A stretch of 64,000 nucleotides of DNA from positions 1 through 64,000 of the forward strand of contig NW_026515699.1 in the NCBI RefSeq assembly GCF_025526975.1. The letters are read 5' to 3'. A program made the translations under genes and the position numbers. The notes beneath the pieces were generated by a model. The model was not told the DNA's origin. It saw only the letters and a list, made by a program, of their open reading frames with translations, and searched no databases. This document shows, one piece after another, positions 13,198 to 25,964 of the stretch. The DNA comes from Fimicolochytrium jonesii. Lineage: Eukaryota. Position 1 is the first letter of the stretch, and each line of letters begins with the position of its first letter.

Positions 13198-14277
13198 TTT
13201 GCTTCTCCTTTTCCACTATTACGGCGAAACTCTTTTGCGCATCCCACGACGAGAAGAGTTACAAGACAGTCTACTTGTGGTCAAATATCTCCGAAGGAAA
13301 CAGACGCAGATATCTATCCATGAAATCTGACTGTTTACCGATACGTAATACTAATCAACATTTTTTTTGCCGCCTGGAGGAGCTTCCGCCGTCTTGGAAG
13401 AAGGCGGACTCGGGCGGAGTCCCACCATAGGTTTCGCGGTTAACCAGCTATCTCCAAATTCGATAGGAATTTGGACCGCCCCCGTGGGCCCAGAATCCCA
13501 GATCCATGTTTCCCCGGATTTCCCGAATGACAAGTTCCAAGAACAAATGAATGGCGACCATCCCCGAGGGGGCCGTGGTACGACCGAGTACTCTGCACTG
13601 ATCAGTTTGCTAATGATACTGCATGCAATTTTAGCGCTGAATACCGCCGGCAGACAAGTTACCCCAAATTCCAAAATGGCAGCTTCGTAGAGAACAAAGA
13701 GCTCAGCCTTGGGTGGCTCCGATGGCATGCAGCTCCGACAACGACAGCATGATTATGTAAGGCGTGGAGACTGTCGAAATGAGGCGCCGTCACTTCTGCA
13801 CTTCTGCTTGCGGTGGATGGAGTTCACAACGTACAGCATATAGTCTACAGGAGAGTTTGTGCATGCGGGAGAGTTCCAAACGCACAGAATAAATGAGTCA
13901 AATCTGTTTCTTTCTGTCATGTTGAACAACATGCTCAGCTGATCGGCGGGATTTATTCTCAGAGCAGACGGGTTCCGAAGGTGGTCGACGTAGCTGCAAG
14001 CTGAATTTACGGGCCTGCAATTCAGGGGTTCTTACGGCCGAGAATAAACAGCAAGCATGTGCTGGTTTAGCCGAAGAAGGAAGAAGGAAGAAGGACAACG
14101 AAGAACAACGACGAAAACTCAGGTTGTCAGCGCCATTTTGGAAATCAATTGTATTCCCTTACTACTACTACATATGACCTATATATCTATGGCCTACATA
14201 TTCCACCTTTGGCCAGTGCAGCGAATGCAAGCTACTTGGCAAAACTCTCCTAAACTACACACGGGAATAAAGAGATC

Positions 14278-14580
14278 CTACGCCGTGAACATTGCCTGCA
14301 ACTCCTGATCGTTGACAAAATGAGTGCCACCCCCACAACGCCAGCCGGAGTGTTTTGTACCAATTGAAACCCGCGGGGCAGGGACAAATGCGACGAATCC
14401 TCTCTTGGACAGCTTGCGCTTTGCGAATCTCCGCTTGCAAGGCCTGTTTACCCATCTCTCTGCGGATGCGCTCCATCTTTTCTGCGTCCGCTAGTTTCGC
14501 TTCTTCGAGCTCAGCCCAGTCTTCATCAGACACGCGCGGGTCACGACCATCTTTGGCCTGGTCTTCGTTCTGCTGTTGAT
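14278..14580 (-). pseudogene. C-terminal remnant of a fungal CbxX/SpoVK-like AAA / NFX1-type protein
   Basis: AQAVQERIRRICPCPAGFNWYK(frameshift)SGWRCGGGTHFVNDQEL* matches the CP.GF.W....GWRC.GG.HF C-terminal motif of that family. No ATPase domain is visible. Confidence 0.65.
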
Positions 14581-15654
14581 GGAATGTGTGAAAGTGGTGG
14601 ATTATTCCCTGAGAAAGGGTCTAATTCGGGTGCCACAATATCCGAATTTCGTCTGGGAAAGCCCTTCTGCCCATGTTCCATGGGCACAGGGCATGTATTT
14701 GGTCCACCTTCAATCAAGCCTCAAGGGCGCATGATGGCTTTAGAAAATTTCAGATGTACGGGGCAGGAACATCCATCGGCACGCCCGCATCGTTAAGACC
14801 ACCGAAGAGTCGAAGACCTTTACCACATCCCCCGGATTTTCTTCACTGAATCAGCGAGAGGCGTGCCGTCGAATATTCCCAAACTTGCCTCAATCTCGGC
14901 AAGCTCTGTCGCCAGCATCGCTTGCGGTTCACCTTCCCGGGCCGGATCTTCATTCGGATCCCCGCTTCCATGCATGTGCGCAAAAACAGAACACCTGAAG
15001 TGGTGTTCCCACAATGTGGCAGACGGGAAGTGGTCCGCGTACGCCGTTCGGGAAATATCCTTCCGGGAGTCGCAGAGCGCGGCCATGGTGTTCGCTGTCT
15101 TCCGCTTATGCCAAAAAACGCGGCACCCCACTTTGTGTGACCACGCCTCAGACGTTGATCGAAATCGTCGTGCAGATTCCGGACAGCCAGAAATCCATTG
15201 CGGCCATTGCACAACCGTATATGTTACGTGGTTTGGTGGTCCGCTTGAGACACTTTTGGCATGAAGGAAAGGCCGACGGACGGCGAGGACCCCGTATTGA
15301 ACTGTATACGGATCCGCCTACACGCAAGTTCATCCCATTACACCAGTTCCATTACGGTCCATTTATGGAAAGATTCATGGAAACCCGTGGGCCGTAGTGT
15401 GGTAGCACAGGGCGCGACTGCTGAGAGGAATGCAGGCAGTTTCTGTACAAAGGACAGTTGTACTGTATCATATGTCCTGTACAGTACGTACGTAGCGGCA
15501 AGTACAGTACATATAAAGTGTATATACAGTACGGTATGTAGCGTCAAGGGCTTGGTATATATACAGTATGGGCAATGGGCGACCCTTCTCGTGTTCGGCG
15601 TGATACTTCCCTCGTTGCCGGCGCTGTGCGAAATCAAAGGTCAGAGAAAGCACC

Positions 15655-18600
15655 ATGACAAGGGAAAGACTGCCTTTACCCAGGGCGAAACTGCCAGTGC
15701 CCTTATCCAAGGCTGAGCTCTCCGACGGTCGCACCGCCATCGCCGCCATCGGAAAAGAGAGCCGCTTCAGCAAAGCAATTGCTGCTCCAATCACAGCCAA
15801 CTCCCGATTCCAGGATGTGATGAAGAGCACCCCCACCTTCCTAAACCAGGCCGCTTCGAAAGTACTTTCGGCTTTGCAACAGGTTGTCAAGGCTGATCCG
15901 GTTTTCGGTCGGATCATAGGGTATGTATAGTTTCACTTCGGGCACTGGGGACGGAGGAAGACGAGGAATCTTGAACGCGTGAGCAATCCTGATGTGCGAT
16001 CCTTGTTTCGCGTGGAATAGCCCATGCCTGGACGTCTTCAAGTGGGCGCTGGAACTGGAGGAACAGAAAGCTTCCGCTACCTCAGCCGGTGAAGGACTTT
16101 GGGCTAAAATTGTTGATGTCATGGGTATCATGGAGACTGTTCAGTCCATAACTTTGGAGGGGCCCACCTCGGAACAACTATCAGCTATCGGGATAATTGT
16201 GGAGCGCCACATCCAGGAGATTCATCGTACGATCCGGGACGCCTACGCATTCATCATGTATTACAGAGAGACTATATGCGGCAAAAGCATTGTCGGTAAG
16301 TAAGCCTCTGAGCTTTTCCATTGTACATTTATGCCCTGTCTAATTGTTTGCTCAGCAAAAAGTCTCCGACGGCTTCGCGCTTCGAAGCATAAGGAGCAGT
16401 TTGATACCTTCACGAATAAGCTGCAATCGCATCAGGAGGGGTTGCTGTTGCAGCACAGCCTTCATGGAAGCGGTCGCATTGCCGAAATTCATGGAAAGTT
16501 GGTGGCTGTACAGGCAACTCTGGCCGATCGTGCAGCAGCGGAAATGGAAGACGATATTCAATCATTCAAGCTAGCAGCAGGCGTCGCCGCTGTCGGCACC
16601 TCGGTCTCACTATCATGGGAAGATATCCAACGCATCATGGGTACCTCTTTCAAGGAAATAGTATCAAAGGAGGGTGAGTTCTGTCACGTCTGCCTACGCA
16701 ATTTCACTATGCCCAAAAAGCTCGAAATTGTTCCTGAATCCATAATCTGATGTGACGTACTTTCGAAGATGCCCACGAAATTCAGGCAGCACTGCAAACG
16801 GAGCTGTCAGATATCATCAGTCGTAACAGCGTGAAATTGCAGGTGGCGATTGATGACTGCAAAAATTTCATGAAGCAACGATTTGGAGACCTCGAAACTG
16901 CCATCAAGAGTGGAGTTCACAGCTCGATCAACGATGCCGGTTTTCAAGAAATGTGGGCAACTGCGGGCTGGCCTGCAGAAGGTGTTACTCGGCCCCTGTT
17001 CAAGGAGCATTTTGCCCGATACTTCGGAATATCGCCGGATTTCTGGATCAAAATGATTGATGCGGATGAATCGGGCAATATTTTCACCACAGAAATAAAC
17101 AAGTTCATTGAAAATATTCCCAAGTGGGTCAAAAAGGCTGTCGAGCTGGATAGCGATATTGCCGATGATCCAAAAACACGGTGCGCTTCCCTTTGCCAAT
17201 ACCGAGGTAGCAGATTACTTGGGCGTGGTCCTTTCTATATCTCCACAGGACTCTGGCGCTTCTCAAGGAGTATGGGGACTATATTCACGTCAGGCACGAT
17301 GAGGCTAGAAAAAGGTAACACCATGAATGCATTACTTCTGAGCTATCATTACCGTGTTGAAGTTGATATCCAACGTTCTATGCAGGATTTTGGCTGACAT
17401 CGCGAAGACTTTGGCATTTTATCTTCCCCGTCTGGCCCATCAGTTGGGTGATCAAAGTGACATATGGGCGGCCCTGCAAGATTTAACACCTGCTGTCCAC
17501 CGATGGTTATATACCCAGTATCACTTCCTCAAACCGAACGTGCCGGCCTTTCCGATGGACCAGAATGCTCTGCATCTTTGCATTCGAGCGCTCAAGAATC
17601 CGTATTATAAACAAAACGCAAAGTACAATGCCGATCTGTTTACGACAGACGAGGAATCTCACACTGGCTCTGTATCGACAAACTCCTACGAACTTTGGAT
17701 CGATGATTTCCTGGAAAACGCGATGACGTACTTCGATGAGCATGCTACCGCAGGCCCGGTCTTCTATTTTAGGGAGGCTTCTTCGTCGTTGCGGGGCGAA
17801 ATCTATCGTCAACGTGGAGCATTTGCGGCCGATCTTGTGGAGCTCGCGTTGTGCCGAGCTGCTCTATGGAACGCATTAGAATTCTTCAAAACGCAAGCGA
17901 AGGACGAATATGCGAATGAGGAAAGAACACGACTGCAAGGAAGCCGACCAAAGGCATCCCTCAAGCGCTTGGAGAGCCATTTCTTCCTTCTTGAAATGAA
18001 GTCAATGTTTTCAAATGACGAACCACAGCTTGATTCCCGCGAACCTCAAACGAAAATTCGAGGGATTTACAATGACTACGTGACGCTTGCTATAGAGGTA
18101 TAGAAAATGATCCTTTAACGCCTTTCATATAATCGGCTGATATGTTTTACAAATGCAGAAACGGGAGACACCCAAGACCGAGGCACCTGCTGATATCAGC
18201 TCCGCGGTACGGCTCTTGATAGGATCACTCAATCTGACAGATTTACTGAAAGAAGCGCCAGCCTCCCACAATTCGGTATGTGGTCTCCATTTACTGTCTC
18301 TCATCTTCTATTTCTCTCATTCCATCTCCGCTTAATTCTGTTCATTCCGCAGAACCTTTCAAATACGCTGCCTCCCACTTGCTCTTTGTCAGACCATGAG
18401 ATCAGAAGCATATATAGCGTCGACACCCCAACAACACCCCACGTCCTTCCACCTCACCTGATCGTCTCTTTGCCTCCAGACTGTTTGAGACCAGTGTACG
18501 CACCTGAGTATGCCCGGCTCGAAGACTTCCGGTATGATTACGATGGAGTTTACGGTGGAGTAAAGAGCGACGTTTCACGTTCAAGCTACGAAGAAGACCT

Positions 18601-18841
18601 ATACGGAGAGATCGAACCGTATGAACTTTATCAAGACATGGCCTGGGAGTTGTACAGTAAGAAATTACTAGTAGGGTTGGCCAAAAGTCCTCACGTTGAC
18701 GAAGAAGAGGCGCAGTTTGTAGCACAAGCTAGAAGTAGGAAGCCTTCGAAGCCGTTGTGGAGCCCGGATGCAGAGTTTGTAGCGGCCCTGCGAAGTGCAA
18801 TGCAAAGAAAGGAAAGAGAGGTGTGCTGGTATGACGACTGA
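15655..18841 (+). CDS. Multi-exon protein with an MLKL/fungal-NLR N-terminal-like helical domain and an EF-hand
   Basis: The chain of ORFs is linked by GT-AG introns. The amphipathic N-terminal block reads ADPVFGRIIG..PCLDVFKWALELE...IRDAYAFI..Y...SKHKEQFDTFTNKL. A canonical EF-hand loop DADESGNIFTTE lies at 17059-17094. Confidence 0.55.
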
Positions 18842-20880
18842 GTACCGTCTGAAATCACATAGTCTCGTTAGCTTCCGGCGTAATTTCTTAATATCTTCCT
18901 CTGTATCTTGTCTACCACGCTTCCGCATGTATGGCCTACCCAATCATGATATATATAGCTAGTTCTGACAACTTTAGTTGTGAAGCGGAATTTTTGCCGT
19001 CGGTCGTAACAAGTTCGATAGTTTGAGCGATGAAAATTCAAGACACCGCCCTAAAATTAATCTTCTTCCGACCCCACCACGCCGCCACAGCATGTGCTTG
19101 AACCACGTCGCACTTTGCCCCAAAAAGTAAAACGGGATGGGGTCTTCTTCGGGAAGTGCAACACCAACCACTTTCGGATGCGCATAGGACCGTGCGCCGT
19201 TTGCGGCGTAGAAATCGAGGATGTACCAGTCGGTTGAAACTGCGGGATCCGTCAAAAAGAGGAGAGTCGATGATGAAGGGATTCAGGTGGTCTGTCATTC
19301 TGCCGTGGTCTTTGATCAGCTTGAGGGGCAAGCTGTACGGATGTCCGACGCGGAGGGATACGTAGCCGCCGAGCCCGTAAGCTAGGGATGAGAAGGTTCC
19401 AAAGCGCACTTCATCGTTCTGCAATCCCGGCATCGCCGTCATTCTAGTGCAGTAACGCTACGAAAGACTATATGTGGACTAAAACGGTTCTTCTTTATCC
19501 GCCACTTCGCCGTCGTCGCCCTGCCACTCAAGCGACAGGTTGACGTTGTTGAACTCGTTGGCGACCTCGACGGCGACGGGCTGGCTGAAACCCCATGAGT
19601 GCATTTTGGCGAGGGTGGTCCGGCGCTCGCAGAGTTGAGTACGAAGTTGTGCATAGGCGTTGTCCTTGCTCCATGTCGGGAGGCCTTTCAGGAAGGGCGC
19701 TGGGCGGAGGGGCCGGTGAGTGAGTGTAACGGGGAGGACATTGTAGACGGTTGTGTGGTGAGAGCTAGGTGGTGAGAGGAGTGTATGCGGAGAAGCAGTT
19801 TCGCCGACAGACCACGGCGACTAGATAGACGGCAGACGTTAGCTCTGGATCTAGAGGTAAAGGAGACGGCGAAAAAGAGATCTGGATCTGGGGTGTGCGA
19901 AGCTCCGCCCAAATTGCCAGAGAGTCATGCTTACGTAAGGCGCGTAAGATCCGGCCGCTGGGACTCCGACCAGAATGCTCAAGGGCCCCTCCATTTCAAG
20001 GCCACCCTCCAAATACAAAAGTCATCCGGCCCATTGGATAGCATGGCAACAGGCCAAGAGTAGTGGCCCTAGAGGAAATCTGACAGCGCGTAGCACATCC
20101 GCTCAACGAACGTTCGATTCGCCTCATCAGCATGCCTTCGTCTTGGGGACGCTTGAAACGCTTGGCAACTATTAGCACGTTTGGGAACGCTTGGAACCTA
20201 TGCACGCTTTATATGAAGCGCTAGACAGCTAGTACTCTCCCCCATTTCGGCGATCAATTTTCGAACGTTCTGACCGATTACTGGACTGGGAACCGCGCGA
20301 ACGTGCGTGCGTGCATGTGATGGGCTGGGAAGAGGCCGCCCGATGGCTCCAACGTTGTCGATCGGCAATGTCCCCTGCTCTGCTCAGCACCCGATGGGAA
20401 TGCACCGGAGAGAGAGATTGAGCGTACCCTACTCAATCGACATCTACTGATCGTTAGATCCCCGCTGTCTCAGCGCGGTAGAAGAAGCGGCGATAGCGGT
20501 GTGAGGGAAAGCGGAGATACAGTTTTACAGTTTTTTTACTGCAGGGGAACCCGGCGGGGGTCTCTGACCGCTGTTAGAGAGCATTTGGCGAGGGCTCCGG
20601 TCAAGGACAAATCCACGGCCAAGACCAAGACTTAGGGACTCAAGGACTGCTGCATATGCATTCCCATCCCAGATGGCGTTGGGGGAGGCCGGACCCAACC
20701 TTGGATGGGCGCGGTGGAGATTGAACGTCCGCGCCGCGGGGCCGCATATTTATGGTGCATAGCCTGACCGTTGCTTTACATGCAACGCACGGTGTTGGCC
20801 TTTGGGTTCACACTCCGGAGGAGCGATCAGGCTTCCTGGTAGTGCATCACGGAGTCTGAAATCCCAACCAACTAGCAAAT

Positions 20881-20890
20881 CTATAAAAAG
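20881..20890 (+). promoter_or_regulatory. TATA box of the secreted protein gene
   Basis: CTATAAAAAG about 110 nt upstream of ATG 20990, followed by a CA-rich 5' UTR. Confidence 0.6.
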
Positions 20891-20989
20891 GCCAGGGGGG
20901 CATCGGTCGGAACCCCACTCACACGTCACCAACACCAAGCACACACAACAACAACAAAGCAACGCTACCTCAACTCCCCCCCACAGACA

Positions 20990-21490
20990 ATGAAGTTCAC
21001 CACAGTCTTCGGTCTCGCCGCTCTCGCAAGCACCGTCTCCGCCCGCTGGGAAATCGCCCGCGGCGGCGATTGCAGCACCTGCGCGGCCAATTCGTGTATT
21101 TACCGAGTTAGCGATATGCGTTCTGATGGTAAGTTGTAACCCGCCATCTCACCCCCGCTCGCCAGAGTCACATCCTCGCTTCATTTCCCCTAACATACCG
21201 CCATCACAGGCAAAATCGACTCCCAATCCTCCGTCGGCTGCTACTCCGGCTCCGTCGCCATCGACCGCGTGCTCGTCAACGTCCCCGGGCCTAGGTGCTC
21301 CATCCGCTTCGAAGGGCCCGGTAACAGCTGCCGCCTAAACGGCAAGCCCGCCGGGTGGAACCCGCCCATCGCTGCGAAGAAGACCACGAAGTATGGGACA
21401 TCCCAGACGGTTGGGGGAGTGTGGTTTAGTAAGGGGTGTAGGTCGGGTGCGACTATTAGGAGTGAGATTAACAACTTTTGTATGTCGTGA
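20990..21490 (+). CDS. Small secreted cysteine-rich protein (2 exons, 139 aa, 8 Cys)
   Basis: Signal peptide MKFTTVFGLAALASTVSA. Intron 21129-21209 (GTAAGT...CTAAC...CAG) joins in frame to GKIDSQSSVGCYSG...NNFCMS*. Confidence 0.85.
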
Positions 21491-23233
21491 ATGAGGATGG
21501 GGAATGTGGGTGGGATGGATGTTGAGTAGATGTCCCCAAGAGCAACACTTTTCCTTTCCCATCATTCGTCTCCGGTTTCGGCCGGACAGTCGTACTGTAT
21601 ATACTAGATCTAGATCTATATAGAGAGTCTTCATTCTGAGAGACACCGAGTCCTCAACTTGTATATCTACACTGGTTTTACTTCAATCTACTTTCACGTT
21701 TAGTCAAGTATGCCACGCAACGTACAATACATTTAGTTCCCCTTGGCGAATCGTCCATCCCTTCTCATGCGGAGGGATGACCCGTTGCCCATACGTATAC
21801 GCCGAGAACACAACTTCATTGCGGACTCACGGCCAGAACTGCCATTACTTTCTTTTGGGGGGAGACAGACTGGGCGGGCTTCAACTGGGGCAGGGTTTTG
21901 CGGCGGCGGCGGATAAGTTCGGCAAAGGACTCCTCGTAGTAGTCGGCCCCAGCCTGCTGGATGCCCCTCGACGTTGTTTCGGCCCAGTAAGGATCCCCGC
22001 TGTTGGGCGATGGGAGCTCATCCAGTTCGTCGATCGCGTCGGTTTGATGCCCCGCTCACCTGGCATTTGAGCCTGTATTTCCTGGAACAGTCGCTTCGAT
22101 GTTTGCGTGCTACGGGGCAGACGGTCCTTGTTGAAGGGTGCAAGTGGGGCCGACGTTCTCATCCACCCATCCCCCATCCGTCGTCATCAACGTTCGAAGG
22201 ATCGTTGCAGTTACTCTGGGCGCACCAAGCCATCCGACGCCTTGTTTTCCCTGGCTAGAACATCTTCAAATAGATCGGACAAACATGTTCAACGCCGCCG
22301 CAGGGTGAGGGATGGGGCGTTTTCCGGCGGTGTTGTGAATTGACTCAATTGACACAGTGTCACTGAAATGGAGCCGTCACGGGTTCCAATGCCGGGTTGT
22401 GATCGCCAATCGTCCTTGATGTTTGTAATCTCTGGCCAGGACGTTGTTATGGATCGTGGTCTGTCCATCGTTCGAGAAACCGAATCCAAACTGGTCCGTC
22501 CCGCGCTTGAAAATATGCGAGACAAATCTCGCGGACGTCCTCTGGTCTGAAGAAGCCTTGGGATCCAAGCTCCTCCCAACGCCACAAGGTCATCCATCCA
22601 TCACTTGTGGATTCTGAAAACTTGAATCGTTCATTCTCCAGTTGTTGCGTGAAGGTGTTCTTATTCTGCCAACCCGCCCTCATGTGTGCTATTTTCCATA
22701 CACGTTTCTGGGTCCGAGGGTTTCACAAAAGCCAAGAACTTGCGTCCCCCAGAGCACCAGCAAAATGGGCATAACACTGACTCGTTTGTGTAACTCCATG
22801 GTTCGTGTTTTTCCTGACCATTCGCCCGCTTTGGCAAGATTCCGCCACCTTGCCGTAGAACGTTGGATAAGGATATGAGCTTTGTTGCGGGTGGAAGGGC
22901 AGGAGTGGTGTGCGAAGCGTAACGATCCTCGACACGCACAGTAGCTGGAGAACGTTGAGGCGTGATGGGGCGATTGCAAGTGAGACATTCCACCCCGCAG
23001 AATTCGTCCGTCGTTATTGGTTTCTTCTCGGGCCAATACACAGGTCTGATGAGCTTCCCAACGTCGCGACTGAGCTTCCCAACATCAAGAACGAAAAGCA
23101 TCTTGCACTCGCATCAGATTTTAATATACAGATTTACACTTTTCCTCGCTTTCCTCGCCACTTTACACACACTACACATAGAAAACACACGCGCTATGTA
23201 TACATTTACAAGGAAGGTCAGAAAGAGACGTGT

Positions 23234-23803
23234 TCACTCCTTCTTCCAGAGACGAGCTTCGATGTTGCGGCGTTCAACCAAATGGGCGGGCTCACGAGCT
23301 TCAATATCGCGGCGTGGAACCCGTTCAGCCTTCCAGAGACGTGCTTCGATGTCGCTGCGTTCAACCAAATGGGCGGGCTCACGGGCTTCAATGTCGCGGC
23401 GTGGAACCCGTTCAGCCTTCCAGAGACGTGCTTCGATGTCGCTGCGTTCAACCAAATGGGCGGGCTCACGGGCTTCAATGTCGCGGCGTGGAACCCGTTC
23501 AGCCTTCCAGAGACGTGCTTCGATGTCGCTGCGTTCAACCAAATGGGCGGGCTCACGGGCTTCAATGTCCCGTGGAACCCGTTCGGCCTTCCAGAGACGT
23601 GCTTCGATGTCGCTGCGTTCAACCAAATGGGCGGGCTCACGGGCTTCAATGTCCCGTGGAACCCGTTCAGCCTTCCAGAGACGTGCTTCGATGTCGCTGC
23701 GTTCAACCAAATGGGCGGGCTCACGTGTCTCCAGGACCGGGACGGCGGCGGCGAAGGCGGTGGAGGCGGAGACGAGGAGGAGGATGGCGGATGTGAACTT
23801 CAT
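23234..23803 (-). CDS. Secreted tandem-repeat peptide precursor (KEX2-processed repeat protein-like)
   Basis: Signal peptide MKFTSAILLLVSASTAFAA, then 6x EPAHLVER and 5x LWKAERVPR(R) plus a terminal LWKKE. The units are separated by [L/I]xxR, PR and RR sites. Confidence 0.85.
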   Translation of the reverse strand: MKFTSAILLLVSASTAFAAAVPVLETREPAHLVERSDIEARLWKAERVPRDIEAREPAHLVERSDIEARLWKAERVPRDIEAREPAHLVERSDIEARLWKAERVPRRDIEAREPAHLVERSDIEARLWKAERVPRRDIEAREPAHLVERSDIEARLWKAERVPRRDIEAREPAHLVERRNIEARLWKKE

Positions 23804-23980
23804 GGTTGATGATCTGCTTGTTGAGAGAGGTAGTGTTGGTGTTGTTGCGAGGCGGTTGTTGTTGGTTGATGAGAAGAGGGGATCTGAATGAGGGTGGCCG
23901 GCTTTTATGCCCTTTTTCGGATTGCATGGTAGTTGGCGAAGTCCTTGCCGGCGTACGCGTCGTCGTCGTAGGGGAAGCTA

Positions 23981-24309
23981 CATTGGCGCGTAGGAAAGGA
24001 AAGGAGAGGCCACAGCGGGCGTTGGGAATAGCTAAGGCACCAGCGGTTGTGGGCGCCGGCGGTTCAGGAGTCGCGCATTGTTGCAGACACATTGGCGCGT
24101 AGGAAAGGAAAGGAGAGGCCACAGCGGGCGTTGGGAATAGCTAAGGCACCAGCGGTTGTGGGCGCCGGCGGTTCAGGAGTCGCGCATTGTTGCAGACACA
24201 TTGGCGCGTAGGAAAGGAAAGGAGAGGCCACAGCGGGCGTTGGGAATAGCTAAGGCACCAGCGGTTGTGGGCGCCGGCGGTTCAGGAGTCGCGCATTGTT
24301 GCAGACACA
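23981..24309. repeat. Three identical-looking 109-bp tandem repeats
   Basis: A unit starting CATTGGCGCGTAGGAAAGG recurs at 23981, 24090 and 24199. Confidence 0.95.
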
Positions 24310-25964
24310 ACGCCCCATGTCCCTAGCCCCTGGGTGTCTGCCTTGCCCCACTTTCCCTTTATAGCGATAGCGGACATGCGCCGCTGGAATCTTGCTTGGA
24401 ACAAGGTTGTCGCATTGTTCGATTGTGCGTCTGCTCCTTCACGCACCCGGTTTCGGGGGTTTGATTGTTCCACAGCGCGGTCTGAATCATGACTTTAGTT
24501 TTCCCAGCCCCTGGCGTGTCTTCCCCGCATTTAGTTCCGTAACGGTGATAGCCCTTTGCGGCCGGTTCTGCATTATCCCCTATTGTTTCTGCTCGGCGCA
24601 CGTCAAAAGTTTACAGCGAAGGAAGTTCCAGATGCAGGCGAACCAGAGTACCCATTGCGCACGATAAGCGGAAAAGAATGCAACAGTCTCCCCGGCTGGA
24701 CGATGCATGGTTGCATTCCGAGGAAGAGCACCATAGCGGAGCTACACGTGCAGAGCCTTATCAGGCCGCGGATAGCAGCTTCGGGTCTTCCTCGGTCTCT
24801 CCGCCTAGCAAAAGAATGCTCCAGGCCTCAAACACCCATCCGGATTCCTTTGGCGGTGTCACAGTCACTCCGAACGATTCATCGCCCAACCTAGACAACG
24901 GATGATGGACCGCGGGAAGGGAAACTCGATGCTTAGCTTCGCTCACAATTGCTCGGATTTCTCCGTGGTGTCTATCGGTCTCGAAAAAAGGAGGTTGATG
25001 CGGGAACTGTCATGCGGAGAACGCCTTGGGCCGGCGTCTCGGAAAAGAGGGATGGATGGACAAACAGCAATGAAAGGATGAAACGGGAACATACAAACGA
25101 TTGGTCGCTGGATCTCACATTTGCTGCTCGCCGTCGATCGCTAGCGTTGCGCCTGCGGCACGGAAGTCACTGCGCTCACGAAGGCGTTTGCAATGGTTGC
25201 GCTCGCTCACGCTCGGGGTCCCAGCGCAACCCAACCCCAGTGTCCACATTAGGGCGAGCATGTGCACAGCACAACTTTCAGTGTCCCAGCATCATCCTTC
25301 TCACCATTGCGGAAACTGACCTCAAAGACCGCTACGTGTTACAAACCACCCTCATTTCTTCCCATGTCGACGCATCCTGGAACTGAGGCTGAATCGTGCT
25401 CGGCTTACCGGGACGTGGAAACTTCACATTGGGAGGGGAGTCTAGATTTCATGCATGTAGTCATCGAGCCTCACGGACCTTGGGTTTGGTTGGAACAGTT
25501 TTGTTGGTCGCGCAAGAGAGCGGAGTTCGCGCCTTAATCCTGAGAGAATTTCGACAGCGCGTCTTCCCGTCAGTTGACTCCCATGCGGTTTTTGGGGACC
25601 GGATTTCAGGACAATGACACCTCCCAATAGTGAATCTCGAGGCGGGGTCGATACGAAAGAACTTCGCGGCCTCCCTCCCTCCCTCACTCTTTCTGACTGG
25701 GAACATTTCTGCCACCTCATGGTGACCGCTCTTTGGGCATACCTTCGGCGCTTGAAGGGGACGCTTTAAGGGGACAGAATGAATAGGGGAGGTAAATAGA
25801 CGTTGGGCCGTTCTGCCCTAGGGGTGTAGTGTGATGTCTCTTCAGACACCTGGCATGCGGCGTGCAGCCAGCATCTCAATACCTTTTTCATCTTACGAGT
25901 AGCGTCGACAGCTGGGTCCTATCTCAAAGATACTAGTACATCCCAATCGCGCTCCTCCAAAAAC

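Noticed and set aside
18974..19742. Possible decayed minus-strand gene
   Set aside because: Coding-like fragments with stops and frameshifts, but no family could be assigned.
21800..22900. Possible tailoring-enzyme gene beside the peptide precursor
   Set aside because: Only fragmented frames, with no HxxHC (DUF3328) or other enzyme motifs.
22910..23891. Long plus-strand repeat ORFs (299 and 309 aa)
   Set aside because: Antisense shadows of the repeat precursor. Only the minus frame has a signal peptide, a TATA-like box and processing sites.
23981..24309. CRISPR-like array
   Set aside because: Head-to-tail identical units with no unique spacers and no cas genes, in a eukaryotic context.
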